64,000 nucleotides of DNA, from the IMG/VR virus record IMGVR_UViG_3300037466_003234; one strand, 5' to 3'. The notes under the pieces are model-generated. The model was not told the origin of the DNA and did not search any database. It was given only the letters and a program-made list of their open reading frames with translations. Both the position numbers and the translations under genes were made by a program. Below are positions 27,833 to 36,642 of the stretch, piece after piece (the first letter of the stretch is position 1; each line of letters starts with the position of its first letter). Source of the DNA: a virus (Duplodnaviria > Heunggongvirae > Uroviricota > Caudoviricetes).

Positions 27833-28120
27833 ATGAAAACTTATCAAGAACTTACTGAGATCCAACAGAAGAAAGCTATCGAACATGCTTATCAAGCTCT
27901 TGTTGCAGAAGTTGTTGAAAAAACCATCGTCTTCAAAGGCGAGATTGGTAAAAACGTAGATAAGGCCCTTAGGGTTGCAACAATGTCCGACCATCCTTCG
28001 GCTCCATATATCGAAGTAGCTCGATACGCAGGTAAGGCACTTATGGATCTAGCAGTAGAAATCGCTGAAGATAGCAAATATACCAACGATGGTGAACAAG
28101 TTATTTACGAAGTCGCTTAA
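27833..28120 (+). CDS. hypothetical small protein
   Basis: AAGGAG SD. Confidence 0.5.
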   Translation: MKTYQELTEIQQKKAIEHAYQALVAEVVEKTIVFKGEIGKNVDKALRVATMSDHPSAPYIEVARYAGKALMDLAVEIAEDSKYTNDGEQVIYEVA

Positions 28121-28131
28121 TTGGGGTTATT

Positions 28132-28329
28132 ATGAAACTCGTTGATTTCGAACGTTTACTTAAGGATTCTGGATATGTTCTTATCAGTAACTCGAAGCAC
28201 CGCAAGTGGAGCAACGGTGTAAATAACGTAGTCGTACCTCAAGGTCGCGTGATCAATCGCATGATTGCTCGCCGCTTACTTAAGGAAATTAACTATTCGC
28301 AACGTGTTCCTGAACTTAACTTTGGATAA
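28132..28329 (+). CDS. HicA/YcfA-like small protein
   Basis: LLKDSGYVLISNSKHRKW...VVVPQGRVINRMIARRLLKEI parallels the HicA pattern G-W-x-L...GSH...VTVPHP...IGTLKSILKQ. Confidence 0.45.
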   Translation: MKLVDFERLLKDSGYVLISNSKHRKWSNGVNNVVVPQGRVINRMIARRLLKEINYSQRVPELNFG

Positions 28330-28338
28330 GAGGTTTAT

Positions 28339-28581
28339 ATGGGAAAAAGTTCTTCACTCTCAGCTATAGCTATGATGGTGGCCGCAGGCATCGACCCATC
28401 TTTATTTTTAGGCCCAGGTGGTCGCGCCCCTACCGCAGATGAGCGCCGATTCCTAGACTCTTTGCACGGAGAAGCTAGACGTATCTGGGGTCGTAGGGTT
28501 GCAAGAGGATTAAGTGAATCAGAAAGTAAATTCGTTAAGGAAAGACTTGAACAGTTAGATAAGGAGATACCATGCAGCTAA
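28339..28581 (+). CDS. hypothetical small protein
   Basis: AAGAGG SD. Confidence 0.5.
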   Translation: MGKSSSLSAIAMMVAAGIDPSLFLGPGGRAPTADERRFLDSLHGEARRIWGRRVARGLSESESKFVKERLEQLDKEIPCS

Positions 28582-28685
28582 TTTTAATCTTGACCGCTTG
28601 TTATTGTCTCGGTGGAAAAGTAGCGCTCGGCTGGGGCTGTGTCGTAGCGCTCTGTCTACAGTTTGCATTCTTTATCTCTGAATGA
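28572..28685 (+). CDS. tiny membrane peptide (37 aa)
   Basis: AAGGAGA SD. Hydrophobic Cys-containing helix. Confidence 0.3.
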   Translation: MQLILILTACYCLGGKVALGWGCVVALCLQFAFFISE

Positions 28686-28692
28686 GGTTGTT

Positions 28693-28923
28693 ATGGTTAG
28701 TCTTTCAGAATTCTGGGATATGCTAAACCAGCATGATTGGTACCATGTTTTTTCGGACAGCTGGGAGATCGATCAAAGAGGTGCTGAAAATCGCGCAAAG
28801 CTATTAGAGATAGCTCACCAGTCAGATGCTCATACAAAGTTATTTATCGACTTTGAAAATCATTACTGGACCGGCAAGCCTTGGGGCACCGAACAAGCTC
28901 CTAAGCCTGAAAGACCAGTTTGA
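28693..28923 (+). CDS. hypothetical small protein
   Basis: GAGG SD (MVSLSEFWDML...). Confidence 0.45.
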   Translation: MVSLSEFWDMLNQHDWYHVFSDSWEIDQRGAENRAKLLEIAHQSDAHTKLFIDFENHYWTGKPWGTEQAPKPERPV

Positions 28924-29018
28924 CAGTAATCGTTAGATAGCCTATAAGGCCTCCAAAGAATTAACTTGCCAAAGCTGACCAATTATGTCAGACTCTTTGG
29001 AACCATTGGAGGTTATAG

Positions 29019-29561
29019 ATGGAAGAACTGACGAACGTTACTGAAACCCAAAAAGTAGAAGAACAAGAGTCCAAAGAAAATAAGTTTAGCGACCATCTGG
29101 TTTTCCTAGGCCTGTTGAGTCGAGACGAAAAGGGATCTCTAGTATTCACAGATCTTGGCAAGCGGACCCTAAGAACTCTCCGGTTCCTTGACGGTAAGAT
29201 CAATTACATTAAGAATGGCAGCAAGAAGGTTAAAGCCATTAAGAAAGCTCCTCTTAAGCGTAATAAGAAGACTGTCATGCATATTAAATACAAGGCGGGA
29301 GCTAAGCCTGTCAGACGCTCTGCCAGACCGCTTAATTTGCGTCAGAAGGGGCCTATCTTTAACCATAGGCTGGCTACCTTCATCTTTGCCAATCACGCCA
29401 AGGAACTCGTTTCTAAGCTCAATAAGGGCAAGGTAGACGCTACTATCCGGCCAACCCTGGATGGCAAGCGGAGCCATGTGATCATCCCTTACAGCAAAGT
29501 CCACGAGGCCCTGCCGATCCTTAAGGCGTTCCGCGAATCTGCCAAGGCTGGTGCAGCATGA
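29019..29561 (+). CDS. hypothetical basic protein
   Basis: GGAGG SD. Lys-rich. Confidence 0.55.
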   Translation: MEELTNVTETQKVEEQESKENKFSDHLVFLGLLSRDEKGSLVFTDLGKRTLRTLRFLDGKINYIKNGSKKVKAIKKAPLKRNKKTVMHIKYKAGAKPVRRSARPLNLRQKGPIFNHRLATFIFANHAKELVSKLNKGKVDATIRPTLDGKRSHVIIPYSKVHEALPILKAFRESAKAGAA

Positions 29562-29851
29562 AGAGCGTTAAAATTAAGGCGAAGGAGAAGCCAGAGATAC
29601 ACGTATTCGTCTACATGGAACAAAAGAGGGCCGAGGAACTTAGGCCTATCATTATGGGCATGGCCCAAGCCAATGCGGGCGAGTGGAATGGAGAAGGAAC
29701 CGACGGTAAAGAGTTCGATGTAAGCTTTACCTTCAAGAGCCAAATCAAAGCTAACGAGTTTGCCGAGAGGGCCAAGAAGCTTGCCATCAGAGAGGTCAGC
29801 TTAAGCCTGTGGGATGGAAACCGGCATAGTACGGTACCTACCCTACATTAG
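29558..29851 (+). CDS. hypothetical protein
   Basis: ATGA overlap coupling. Confidence 0.5.
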   Translation: MKSVKIKAKEKPEIHVFVYMEQKRAEELRPIIMGMAQANAGEWNGEGTDGKEFDVSFTFKSQIKANEFAERAKKLAIREVSLSLWDGNRHSTVPTLH

Positions 29852-30351
29852 CTCTCAAAACCACCCTCGGACTCTTCGCGTTCGAGGTAGCTTAAATTAA
29901 CGTAGCCCCCCTTGGGTAAATTATCCTTGGGGGGTTCGTCTTTTTCAGGAGTGTTTTTTTGATCGGGAACGCCAAGTAAGGTTGTCTCTTTAGCCAAGGC
30001 AGGATGGATAGGCTTACCGGACTCCAAGCGCAAGCGCTCTTCTTCCTCAGCCTGTTCCGCAAATGCGTCAAACTCTTCTTTCTTAATGGACTCGTACTCT
30101 GGATCTTCAATGGAATAGATACGATCCATAAGAACGTCTAGGTTATCGTCAATATCGATATCCTCTAGGTCGTCCTCGAAATAGTTCAAAATGACAAATT
30201 CTGGAGACAATTCCATTACTTGGTGCAATGGCGTATTAAACCTTTTAGAGTAGGCCCTGCATATTTTTCGATAAACGCTTTCAGCGGTTGGCGAAAGTAA
30301 ATTTGCGATTGCCTGCGCTCTCAGCGCATCGGCCAAGTCTTGGAAGTCCAT
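29848..30351 (-). CDS. acidic hypothetical protein
   Basis: GGAGGAG SD. Second gene of a 2-gene minus-strand operon. Confidence 0.55.
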   Translation of the reverse strand: MDFQDLADALRAQAIANLLSPTAESVYRKICRAYSKRFNTPLHQVMELSPEFVILNYFEDDLEDIDIDDNLDVLMDRIYSIEDPEYESIKKEEFDAFAEQAEEEERLRLESGKPIHPALAKETTLLGVPDQKNTPEKDEPPKDNLPKGGYVNLSYLEREESEGGFES

Positions 30352-30833
30352 TACTCCTCCGAACTATCGGAGTCTTCGTCTTCGTCAGCCTTATTGGCAA
30401 GGAAACTCTCAGCGGCCTTCTTAGCTCTTTCGATCGCGTCTTTCTTCTGCTTATCCTTCTCTTGCTTATACTTAAGCTGAGCATCGCCAGCAGCGTTAAG
30501 AACTTGAGTGATCACGTTCACGTCAGGGATGTCACCTGCTATACCACTAGCAGGGATGGTCGCAGTCCAAAAAGGAGGAGCAGAGATAACCCTTTGTTCT
30601 AATTGCGATAAAGCATAAGCCATGAAGCTCTCGTGCTCATCTGCAGCAAAAGGATTTGCACCAAGTAGTTCCCTATGCTTACGGCCAGCAGCGATTACCT
30701 GCGTAGGCGTTAAATAGCAGCGAAACTTGAACGTTCCTGCGTAGGTACCGTGGATATCACCCTCAGCCCTTAGCTGCCAGGTAGCCACGTCACCATCAAT
30801 TGAAATGTCGCTAAAATCTTTTTTATCAGCCAT
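30351..30833 (-). CDS. hypothetical protein
   Basis: ATG (MADKKDFSD...) with AGAGGAA SD; the track start is a GTG. Confidence 0.55.
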   Translation of the reverse strand: MADKKDFSDISIDGDVATWQLRAEGDIHGTYAGTFKFRCYLTPTQVIAAGRKHRELLGANPFAADEHESFMAYALSQLEQRVISAPPFWTATIPASGIAGDIPDVNVITQVLNAAGDAQLKYKQEKDKQKKDAIERAKKAAESFLANKADEDEDSDSSEE

Positions 30834-31105
30834 AGAGTTAATTCCTCTAACCAAGGGTATCGTAGCTGATATATCATAGCGTTAAAAGCCAAGGAAAAGC
30901 TTCCGCTAACTTTTTGCTAATATAATTATTATAATTAAATTATAGTAACTGTATTGAGTGAATAAATTCGTAAGAACAACTCACTCTCGTGAGGTGTATC
31001 ATATCTTTTTTTAAAAAATGAAAGAAAACGACAAAAAAAGAAAATTTATTTTTGCTATTGTCTTATTTTCTTAAATCAACTATCCTTATGCGAATAGGAG
31101 TAAAT

Positions 31106-32983
31106 ATGGATTTAAATACACTTTTTAGCATCGGTCTACACTACGGTGTTTACCTCATTGGTTTTATTGCGTTTTTGGTTTTGGTCTACAAGGCTCTTGG
31201 CATTGTAGTTATCGGTGAATCCGAAGTTGGTGTTGTTACTAAGAAAATTTCTAATAGGAATCTTCCTCCAGGTCGCGTCATTGCTACGAACGGCGAAGCT
31301 GGCGTTCAAGCTGATACGTTGAGCCCTGGTATGCACTTTGGCTACTGGCCATTTGTTTACAAGGTTGACTTGGCACCGCTTACGAGCATTGCTCCAGGCG
31401 AAATTGGCCTAGTGATGGCAATCGATGGTAATCAGATCCCAGCCAATCGCTTGCTTGGCCAAGGTGTTGATTGTGATAACTTCCAGTCCGCAAAGGCTTT
31501 CTTGGCTAATGGCGGTGAAAAAGGTAAGCAACTTGCTATCTTGACCGCTGGTAAGTATCGTATCAACCCAGCATTGTTTAAGATCGTAACGGCTCCTGTA
31601 ACCGTTATCGCTGCAAATCAAGTCGGTATCGTTACAACCTCTGACGGTGTACCTCTGGAACAAGGCGAAATCGCAGCGGCAACCGTTCCTGGCCACAATA
31701 ACTTCCAAGATATTCAGAAGTTCATTGATGCTGGTGGCAAACGCGGTCTTCAAGAGCAAGTTATCTTGGCAGGTCAATGGAACTTGAATCCATGGTTTGC
31801 TCAAGTAAAGACGGTTCCAATGACGAACGTGCCAATCGGACACGTAGGCGTTGTGACCTCTTACGTTGGTAAAGCTCACGTCGATATCTCTGGCTCTGAA
31901 TTCAAGCACGGCGACCTTGTGGACCAAGGCCATAAGGGTGTTTGGGCAAAACCTCTCTATCCTGGCTTGCATCCGATCAATACGGACACTATGAAAGTGG
32001 ATCTCGTCCCTACGACCAACGTCGTCCTTAACTGGGCAACAAATCGTAACGAATCCCATATGCTCGACAAGAACTTGTCTAGCATCACGGTTCGTTCGAA
32101 AGACGGATTCAGCTATAACCTCGACGTTTCTGTGGTTATTCACATCGGCGCTATGGAAGCCGCTCGCGTGATCTCTCGCATGGGCAGCATGTCTGGCCTT
32201 ATCAGCCAAGTCCTTGAGCCTACGATTGGTAACTACTTCAGAAACTCTGCACAAGAGTTCGCAGCCTTGGACTTCCTCAAGACTCGTACTGAAATGCAAC
32301 AAAATGCCGCTCACTTCGTTCATGAAGCTTTGAAGCAATATGACGTGGAAGCTGTCGATACCCTTATTGGCGATATCGTTCTCCCACAACAATTGCTTGA
32401 AACTCAGACACAACGTAAGCTTGCTGAAGAAATGCAAAAGACCTATGAGATCCAACAAGCTTCTCAGAAACAGAAAGAGGCTCTCAATCGCCAAACTGCT
32501 GTGACTGAAATGCAAAAGGATCTTGTGGCCTCTGAACAAGCTGTTAAAATTGCTCAGCAAAACGCAGAAGCAAGCATTCGTAAGGCAGAAGGTGATACCA
32601 AGGTCGCTGAACAGCAAAGCTTGCAAAAGATTCGTCTTGCTGAAGCTGAAGCTGCTCAGATCCAAAAGAAAGCTCTTGCTGAAGCTGAAGGCCTCAAGGC
32701 TCGCGGCTTGGCAGAAGCAGAAGCGATCAAGGCTAAAGGTAACGCCCAAGCTGAAGCATATCAAAACGGCGCTAAAGCAATGGGTGAAAAGAACTTCACC
32801 ATGCTCGAAACTATGTCCGTCATGGCTAAGGAAAAGATGAAGGTCATCCCAGACCTCGTAGTCAATGGCGGTGGTGAAGGCGGTGGAAGCGGCACCGGTC
32901 TCAGCATGCTCAACTTGCTGATGGCTGAAATGGTTAAGGAAAAGTTTCTTGATCCTAAACAGGAAAAGAAAACGACTGCCTAA
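31106..32983 (+). CDS. flotillin-like SPFH/band-7 membrane protein (FloT/YqiK-like)
   Basis: N-terminal TM helix LHYGVYLIGFIAFLVLVY. Long SPFH-like region. C-terminal Ala/Glu flotillin repeats AEAEAAQIQKKALAEAEGLKARGLAEAEAIKAKGNAQAEAYQ. AGGAG SD. Confidence 0.75.
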   Translation: MDLNTLFSIGLHYGVYLIGFIAFLVLVYKALGIVVIGESEVGVVTKKISNRNLPPGRVIATNGEAGVQADTLSPGMHFGYWPFVYKVDLAPLTSIAPGEIGLVMAIDGNQIPANRLLGQGVDCDNFQSAKAFLANGGEKGKQLAILTAGKYRINPALFKIVTAPVTVIAANQVGIVTTSDGVPLEQGEIAAATVPGHNNFQDIQKFIDAGGKRGLQEQVILAGQWNLNPWFAQVKTVPMTNVPIGHVGVVTSYVGKAHVDISGSEFKHGDLVDQGHKGVWAKPLYPGLHPINTDTMKVDLVPTTNVVLNWATNRNESHMLDKNLSSITVRSKDGFSYNLDVSVVIHIGAMEAARVISRMGSMSGLISQVLEPTIGNYFRNSAQEFAALDFLKTRTEMQQNAAHFVHEALKQYDVEAVDTLIGDIVLPQQLLETQTQRKLAEEMQKTYEIQQASQKQKEALNRQTAVTEMQKDLVASEQAVKIAQQNAEASIRKAEGDTKVAEQQSLQKIRLAEAEAAQIQKKALAEAEGLKARGLAEAEAIKAKGNAQAEAYQNGAKAMGEKNFTMLETMSVMAKEKMKVIPDLVVNGGGEGGGSGTGLSMLNLLMAEMVKEKFLDPKQEKKTTA

Positions 32984-33009
32984 ACTGTCAAATCCATAGA
33001 CACTCTGAA

Positions 33010-33044
33010 GGGCGGCCTAAAAAAGGTCGCCCTTTTTATTTTGG
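33010..33044 (+). terminator. intrinsic terminator
   Basis: GGGCGGCC-taaaaaa-GGTCGCCC then TTTTTATTTT. Confidence 0.6.
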
Positions 33045-33125
33045 TAATTACGAAAATAAGGATGTTGCAAATACGAAAATAAGGCGCTAAAGTGGATAAT
33101 ATAAGTCAGCTACTTGGAGGATAAA

Positions 33126-33392
33126 ATGAAAGAATTAAATAGCGCCGGATACGATCTCTCGGAAGTGTCTGAAAATGAATGGATCTTTAGCGTTCGCGGT
33201 GGCAGCCTTTACGTTGGCTCGTTCCTGCAGATCGTTATGATCATGGTCATGAAATTTGGCTTTCATATTGATAATGTTGATGAAGCTATCAAAGAGATGG
33301 TTAAAAAAGATAAGGATTCCGTTCACTTTGGAATGTATGGAACCATGATCTACCCTTACAATAGGGAAGATAACCTCAAGAAGGTGAGCTAA
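33126..33392 (+). CDS. hypothetical protein
   Basis: GGAGGA SD. Confidence 0.5.
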   Translation: MKELNSAGYDLSEVSENEWIFSVRGGSLYVGSFLQIVMIMVMKFGFHIDNVDEAIKEMVKKDKDSVHFGMYGTMIYPYNREDNLKKVS

Positions 33393-33610
33393 TGAGCCTC
33401 AGATTGATTAAGGGTGGTGCCCAACAAAACAGTAATGGTAGGGTCTTAAAGGACGGCCAATACACTCCCCATGAGCCACGTAAGCTCGATAAGGGGCCAG
33501 CTATCGATCCAGCTATTGAATCGCTAAAGAATAATTTACAAACCCTAAATTCTCTTCACGCTAAGCTTAAACATATGATAGAAGAACTTAGGGAGTTAGT
33601 AAGAGAATGA
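33392..33610 (+). CDS. hypothetical protein
   Basis: Coupled start. Confidence 0.5.
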   Translation: MSLRLIKGGAQQNSNGRVLKDGQYTPHEPRKLDKGPAIDPAIESLKNNLQTLNSLHAKLKHMIEELRELVRE

Positions 33611-33858
33611 ACGTCGGTATCCAAGTTCTTAAAGTAATGCATTATGGACCAACAGAAGAGGACAACCGTATGGTGACTATCTCACCGGTTAACGTTCTCA
33701 TGCTCGCGGCTCCATTGGTTTATGAGCGCATCCAAGATCGTGAAGTTAAGCGTGTTACCGTCCTTATGATTGACGGTGGCGAGACCGAGGTCTGTATCAA
33801 TGATATGGATCTAGATCAGCTAGAGCAAGCTGTAGGCGCTTACGGATTGCCTTATTAG
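33607..33858 (+). CDS. hypothetical protein
   Basis: Coupled start. Confidence 0.5.
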   Translation: MNVGIQVLKVMHYGPTEEDNRMVTISPVNVLMLAAPLVYERIQDREVKRVTVLMIDGGETEVCINDMDLDQLEQAVGAYGLPY

Positions 33859-33861
33859 TGG

Positions 33862-34136
33862 TTTGTGGGTGTTATGGTCAGACTCGACCGCCGAGGGCCA
33901 AGGTAGCGCTTTAAACTGGCCCATAGCGAAGATGCCTAGATAGGTATTTCTAGGGACAGCCTCTTCGGCCCACATTTAACTTAGTACATGGCCTAATATA
34001 GGTGCGTGGCAAGCCGGTACAGTTGGAACACTTGAGTCTTAAGCTGAGGGATAAAGGATCGCAACCCCCAAAGCCGCGAGGCCCGCTAGATTCCACGCCG
34101 TAGCTGTGTTATCCCGAGCGGTGGGCGAAGTCGGGG
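33862..34136. other. GC-rich structured non-coding region (ncRNA candidate)
   Basis: About 275 nt with no ORF, higher GC than the surroundings, several short stems (GGTC...GACC, CTTCGG). Confidence 0.2.
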
Positions 34137-34517
34137 TTATTCTTTATCAATCATCTTAGTTAAAAGAGAGACCATCTGACTGAACTGGCCTCTTAGCTCA
34201 GTTCTTAGGTCTTCTATCTTATCGCCAAGATTGCGGATTTCGCCATTGTAGGTCTCGCGGACGTGAGAGAAGTCTTTTTCCACGGATTCCTTGAAGTTAG
34301 AGAGTTCGGCGTCTAAGGCCATGATTTTAGACTCTAAAGCCGCCTTAATTTTGGCGTCTTCTTCTTTGGCCTTTTGGAGTAGGGCAGCTTCGGCCACTTT
34401 ACGTTGCTTGGTGTGGTCCGCGTTAATTTTGCGGATTTTCATATAAGCGCCAGCCACGGTAGAAACCATAGCGGCAAGTGATGCGATTGTCGTAAGGTTG
34501 ATATTTCCGGTTTCCAT
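34137..34517 (-). CDS. membrane-anchored coiled-coil protein
   Basis: N-terminal hydrophobic segment TIASLAAMVSTVAGAY. Lone minus-strand gene; weak SD. Confidence 0.4.
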   Translation of the reverse strand: METGNINLTTIASLAAMVSTVAGAYMKIRKINADHTKQRKVAEAALLQKAKEEDAKIKAALESKIMALDAELSNFKESVEKDFSHVRETYNGEIRNLGDKIEDLRTELRGQFSQMVSLLTKMIDKE

Positions 34518-34584
34518 GGCTTGCTTGGCCCTCTCACTAAAAGATTACTGTAAAGCTATGATATATAGGGTTTTAGAGGTCTTT

Positions 34585-34893
34585 ATGAAAGAGAAAGTAG
34601 CCGAATTCATCAATGTTATCTTTGGGTTCCGCAAGTTCATTATTATGTTACTTGCAATGCTCATCGCTATTATTTTCAGAATGAAAGGCCTTATTAACGG
34701 CGAAAATATGGTTGATTTGCTTAAGGCAACAATCATCTCCTTCTTTGGTGCCAATGGTGTCGAGCATATCATGGCAGTGGTTAAGGACTATGCTGCAGCT
34801 AAGGGTCAAAAAATTGCCGGAGAGGCTTTGGTAGGCCCGGACCAAATCGATGAGGCCGAAGAAGCTAAGGCTGAGGAGAAGAGCAATGAGTGA
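34585..34893 (+). CDS. holin-like small membrane protein (2 TM, charged C-terminus)
   Basis: AGAGG SD. FIIMLLAMLIAIIF and LLKATIISFFGANGV. C-terminus DQIDEAEEAKAEEKSNE. Confidence 0.4.
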   Translation: MKEKVAEFINVIFGFRKFIIMLLAMLIAIIFRMKGLINGENMVDLLKATIISFFGANGVEHIMAVVKDYAAAKGQKIAGEALVGPDQIDEAEEAKAEEKSNE

Positions 34894-35188
34894 GAAACTT
34901 AAGGCGTATTATAACGCCGCTAAAGCTAACGTTGTAGCCTTTGTGCAAGCCAACAAGGCGATTTTAATTGGCTTTCTGTCTATTTTAGCCGTTTTTAAGT
35001 TTAGAGACTTCTTGATGGATCTGTTGCTCAATAGCGCTAAGCGCATTGGTCAGCAAGCCCAGGAAAAAGACAAGGTTCTAGCGGAGCAGGAAAGTAATGC
35101 AAACACACAAGCGAATCACCTTATTGAGCAGGCTGAGAAAGCTAAAGAAGAAACGCCCCAAGCAGACGAAAACTGGTACAAAAAATGA
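34886..35188 (+). CDS. type-II membrane protein with coiled coil (i-spanin-like)
   Basis: GAGGAGAAGAG SD. TM ILIGFLSILAVF followed by a charged helical region. Confidence 0.4.
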   Translation: MSEKLKAYYNAAKANVVAFVQANKAILIGFLSILAVFKFRDFLMDLLLNSAKRIGQQAQEKDKVLAEQESNANTQANHLIEQAEKAKEETPQADENWYKK

Positions 35189-35302
35189 GAAGAAATAAGC
35201 TCTTAATGGCGATTGGCATTTTCATATGCCTATACGCGTGCTGGAATAGGCTTGCAGCCCATTACCAGCAGGTCATTGAGAACAAAAGTACAAGGTGTCC
35301 AA

Positions 35303-35695
35303 ATGAAAAAATTTATTGCGGCAATCCTGATCGCTAACGTCATGTCTAATGCAGCTTTTGCTGAATGCGACTTTAAGACTGGTATTACCGCGAACCAAGA
35401 CGGTTCGTATACTTATACTAAGGAATGTCACGTTAAAGTAGGTCAGATGAAGAATGACCTTGAGACCGCCCAAAAGCAATTGGACAACCTTGGTCAGGCC
35501 ATTACGCTTAAGGATCTAGCCCTTCAGAAGTCTGATGATCGCGTAAATCTTTGGATGCAGACCTCCAGTCAATTGGAAGATCGCATTACAAAGCTTGACT
35601 CTATGCAGAAGCATAACGAGTGGATCTACTTCGGACTTGGCGTTTTAACTACCCTTGGCGCAGGCTTTATGACTGCGAGGATTTTAGGGAAGTAA
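35303..35695 (+). CDS. protein with N-terminal signal peptide and C-terminal TM anchor
   Basis: AAGGTG SD. MKKFIAAILIANVMSNAAFA signal. C-terminal WIYFGLGVLTTLGAGFMTARILGK. Confidence 0.5.
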   Translation: MKKFIAAILIANVMSNAAFAECDFKTGITANQDGSYTYTKECHVKVGQMKNDLETAQKQLDNLGQAITLKDLALQKSDDRVNLWMQTSSQLEDRITKLDSMQKHNEWIYFGLGVLTTLGAGFMTARILGK

Positions 35696-36179
35696 GGTAG
35701 TTAAACACGTCTAGCGGCGTCATGTCGTCCAGATCTCTAGGTAGCTGTGCTCCTGCGTATTGCTGAAGAATGTAAGAAGCAAGCTCTGAGCAAACATAAG
35801 TCTGCCCTTCATCTTGGAATGGATTTGTTATCTTTCTGCCGAGAAGCTCGTTGATCCTTACCCAGGCCATTCCAAAGATCTGTTTAACGCCATAAGGCTT
35901 GCCAGCGTTATCGATGGCAAATTGCACCATGGCTGTTTTGTTCTCTTCAGTGATATCTACTTCGAATTCGTCTACGATGACGTTTTCCGATAGAAACTGA
36001 GCGTCACCCATGAAATTAACCATGAGCTTGCTCGCTTGATAGATCAAATTTCGACCATACTTATCAGAACGATATTTGATGTAGACGTGATCGTATGGGA
36101 TATTGAACGCAACCATGATAAGCCAAGCAAAAGGCTTCCATTTGTTTGGCTTTGAGAATCCTACTAGAATCTTTTCCAT
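35667..36179 (-). CDS. hypothetical protein (possible permuted papain-like hydrolase)
   Basis: Last gene of the tail module. QTYVCSELASY is weakly NlpC/P60-like; speculative. Confidence 0.5.
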   Translation of the reverse strand: MEKILVGFSKPNKWKPFAWLIMVAFNIPYDHVYIKYRSDKYGRNLIYQASKLMVNFMGDAQFLSENVIVDEFEVDITEENKTAMVQFAIDNAGKPYGVKQIFGMAWVRINELLGRKITNPFQDEGQTYVCSELASYILQQYAGAQLPRDLDDMTPLDVFNYLTSLKSSQS

Positions 36180-36180
36180 G

Positions 36181-36642
36181 TTAAACCCCTAAGTATGCCT
36201 TGATCTTGTTGACGTATTTTTCAATTCTTGCTTTAGGAACGAGAGCATCTGGAGGGGTAGCTTCCATAATAGCTATGGCCGTATATAGAGATCCTGCTTC
36301 TAGCGCAGCTTTTGCCCCTGCAAATTTGGTAAGGATCTGAACGATTTGGATAGGGTTGTAGCCCAAAACAATATTTTCTACGCCAACCTCAATAATTATG
36401 GATCTGCCAAAGTCCATAGCGTCTTGAATGGTTCGAGTGATGCCAGGCACTTTTTGATTATGGTCCATAACTACTTGGTAGATTCTGTTCACTTCGCCCT
36501 GCGATAAATCTCTATAGGTGTTAACTGTAAGAATATTACCGTTAACGTCCATAGATGAAATCCAAGAGGAGATGCCAGCTAGTTGCATTTCCTGGGTCAA
36601 AGTGTTCTGATCAATATGTTTGACGTAAGTATAAGTTGCCAT
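36181..36642 (-). CDS. hypothetical protein (possible tail-fibre assembly/chaperone)
   Basis: Immediately downstream of the tail fibre gene. Confidence 0.45.
   Translation of the reverse strand: MATYTYVKHIDQNTLTQEMQLAGISSWISSMDVNGNILTVNTYRDLSQGEVNRIYQVVMDHNQKVPGITRTIQDAMDFGRSIIIEVGVENIVLGYNPIQIVQILTKFAGAKAALEAGSLYTAIAIMEATPPDALVPKARIEKYVNKIKAYLGV

Noticed and set aside
31409-32764. 451-aa ORF antisense to the flotillin gene
   Set aside because: It is antisense to a CDS with clear domain architecture. The Leu/Ser-rich junk translation reflects the sense strand's GCN/GAN codon bias.
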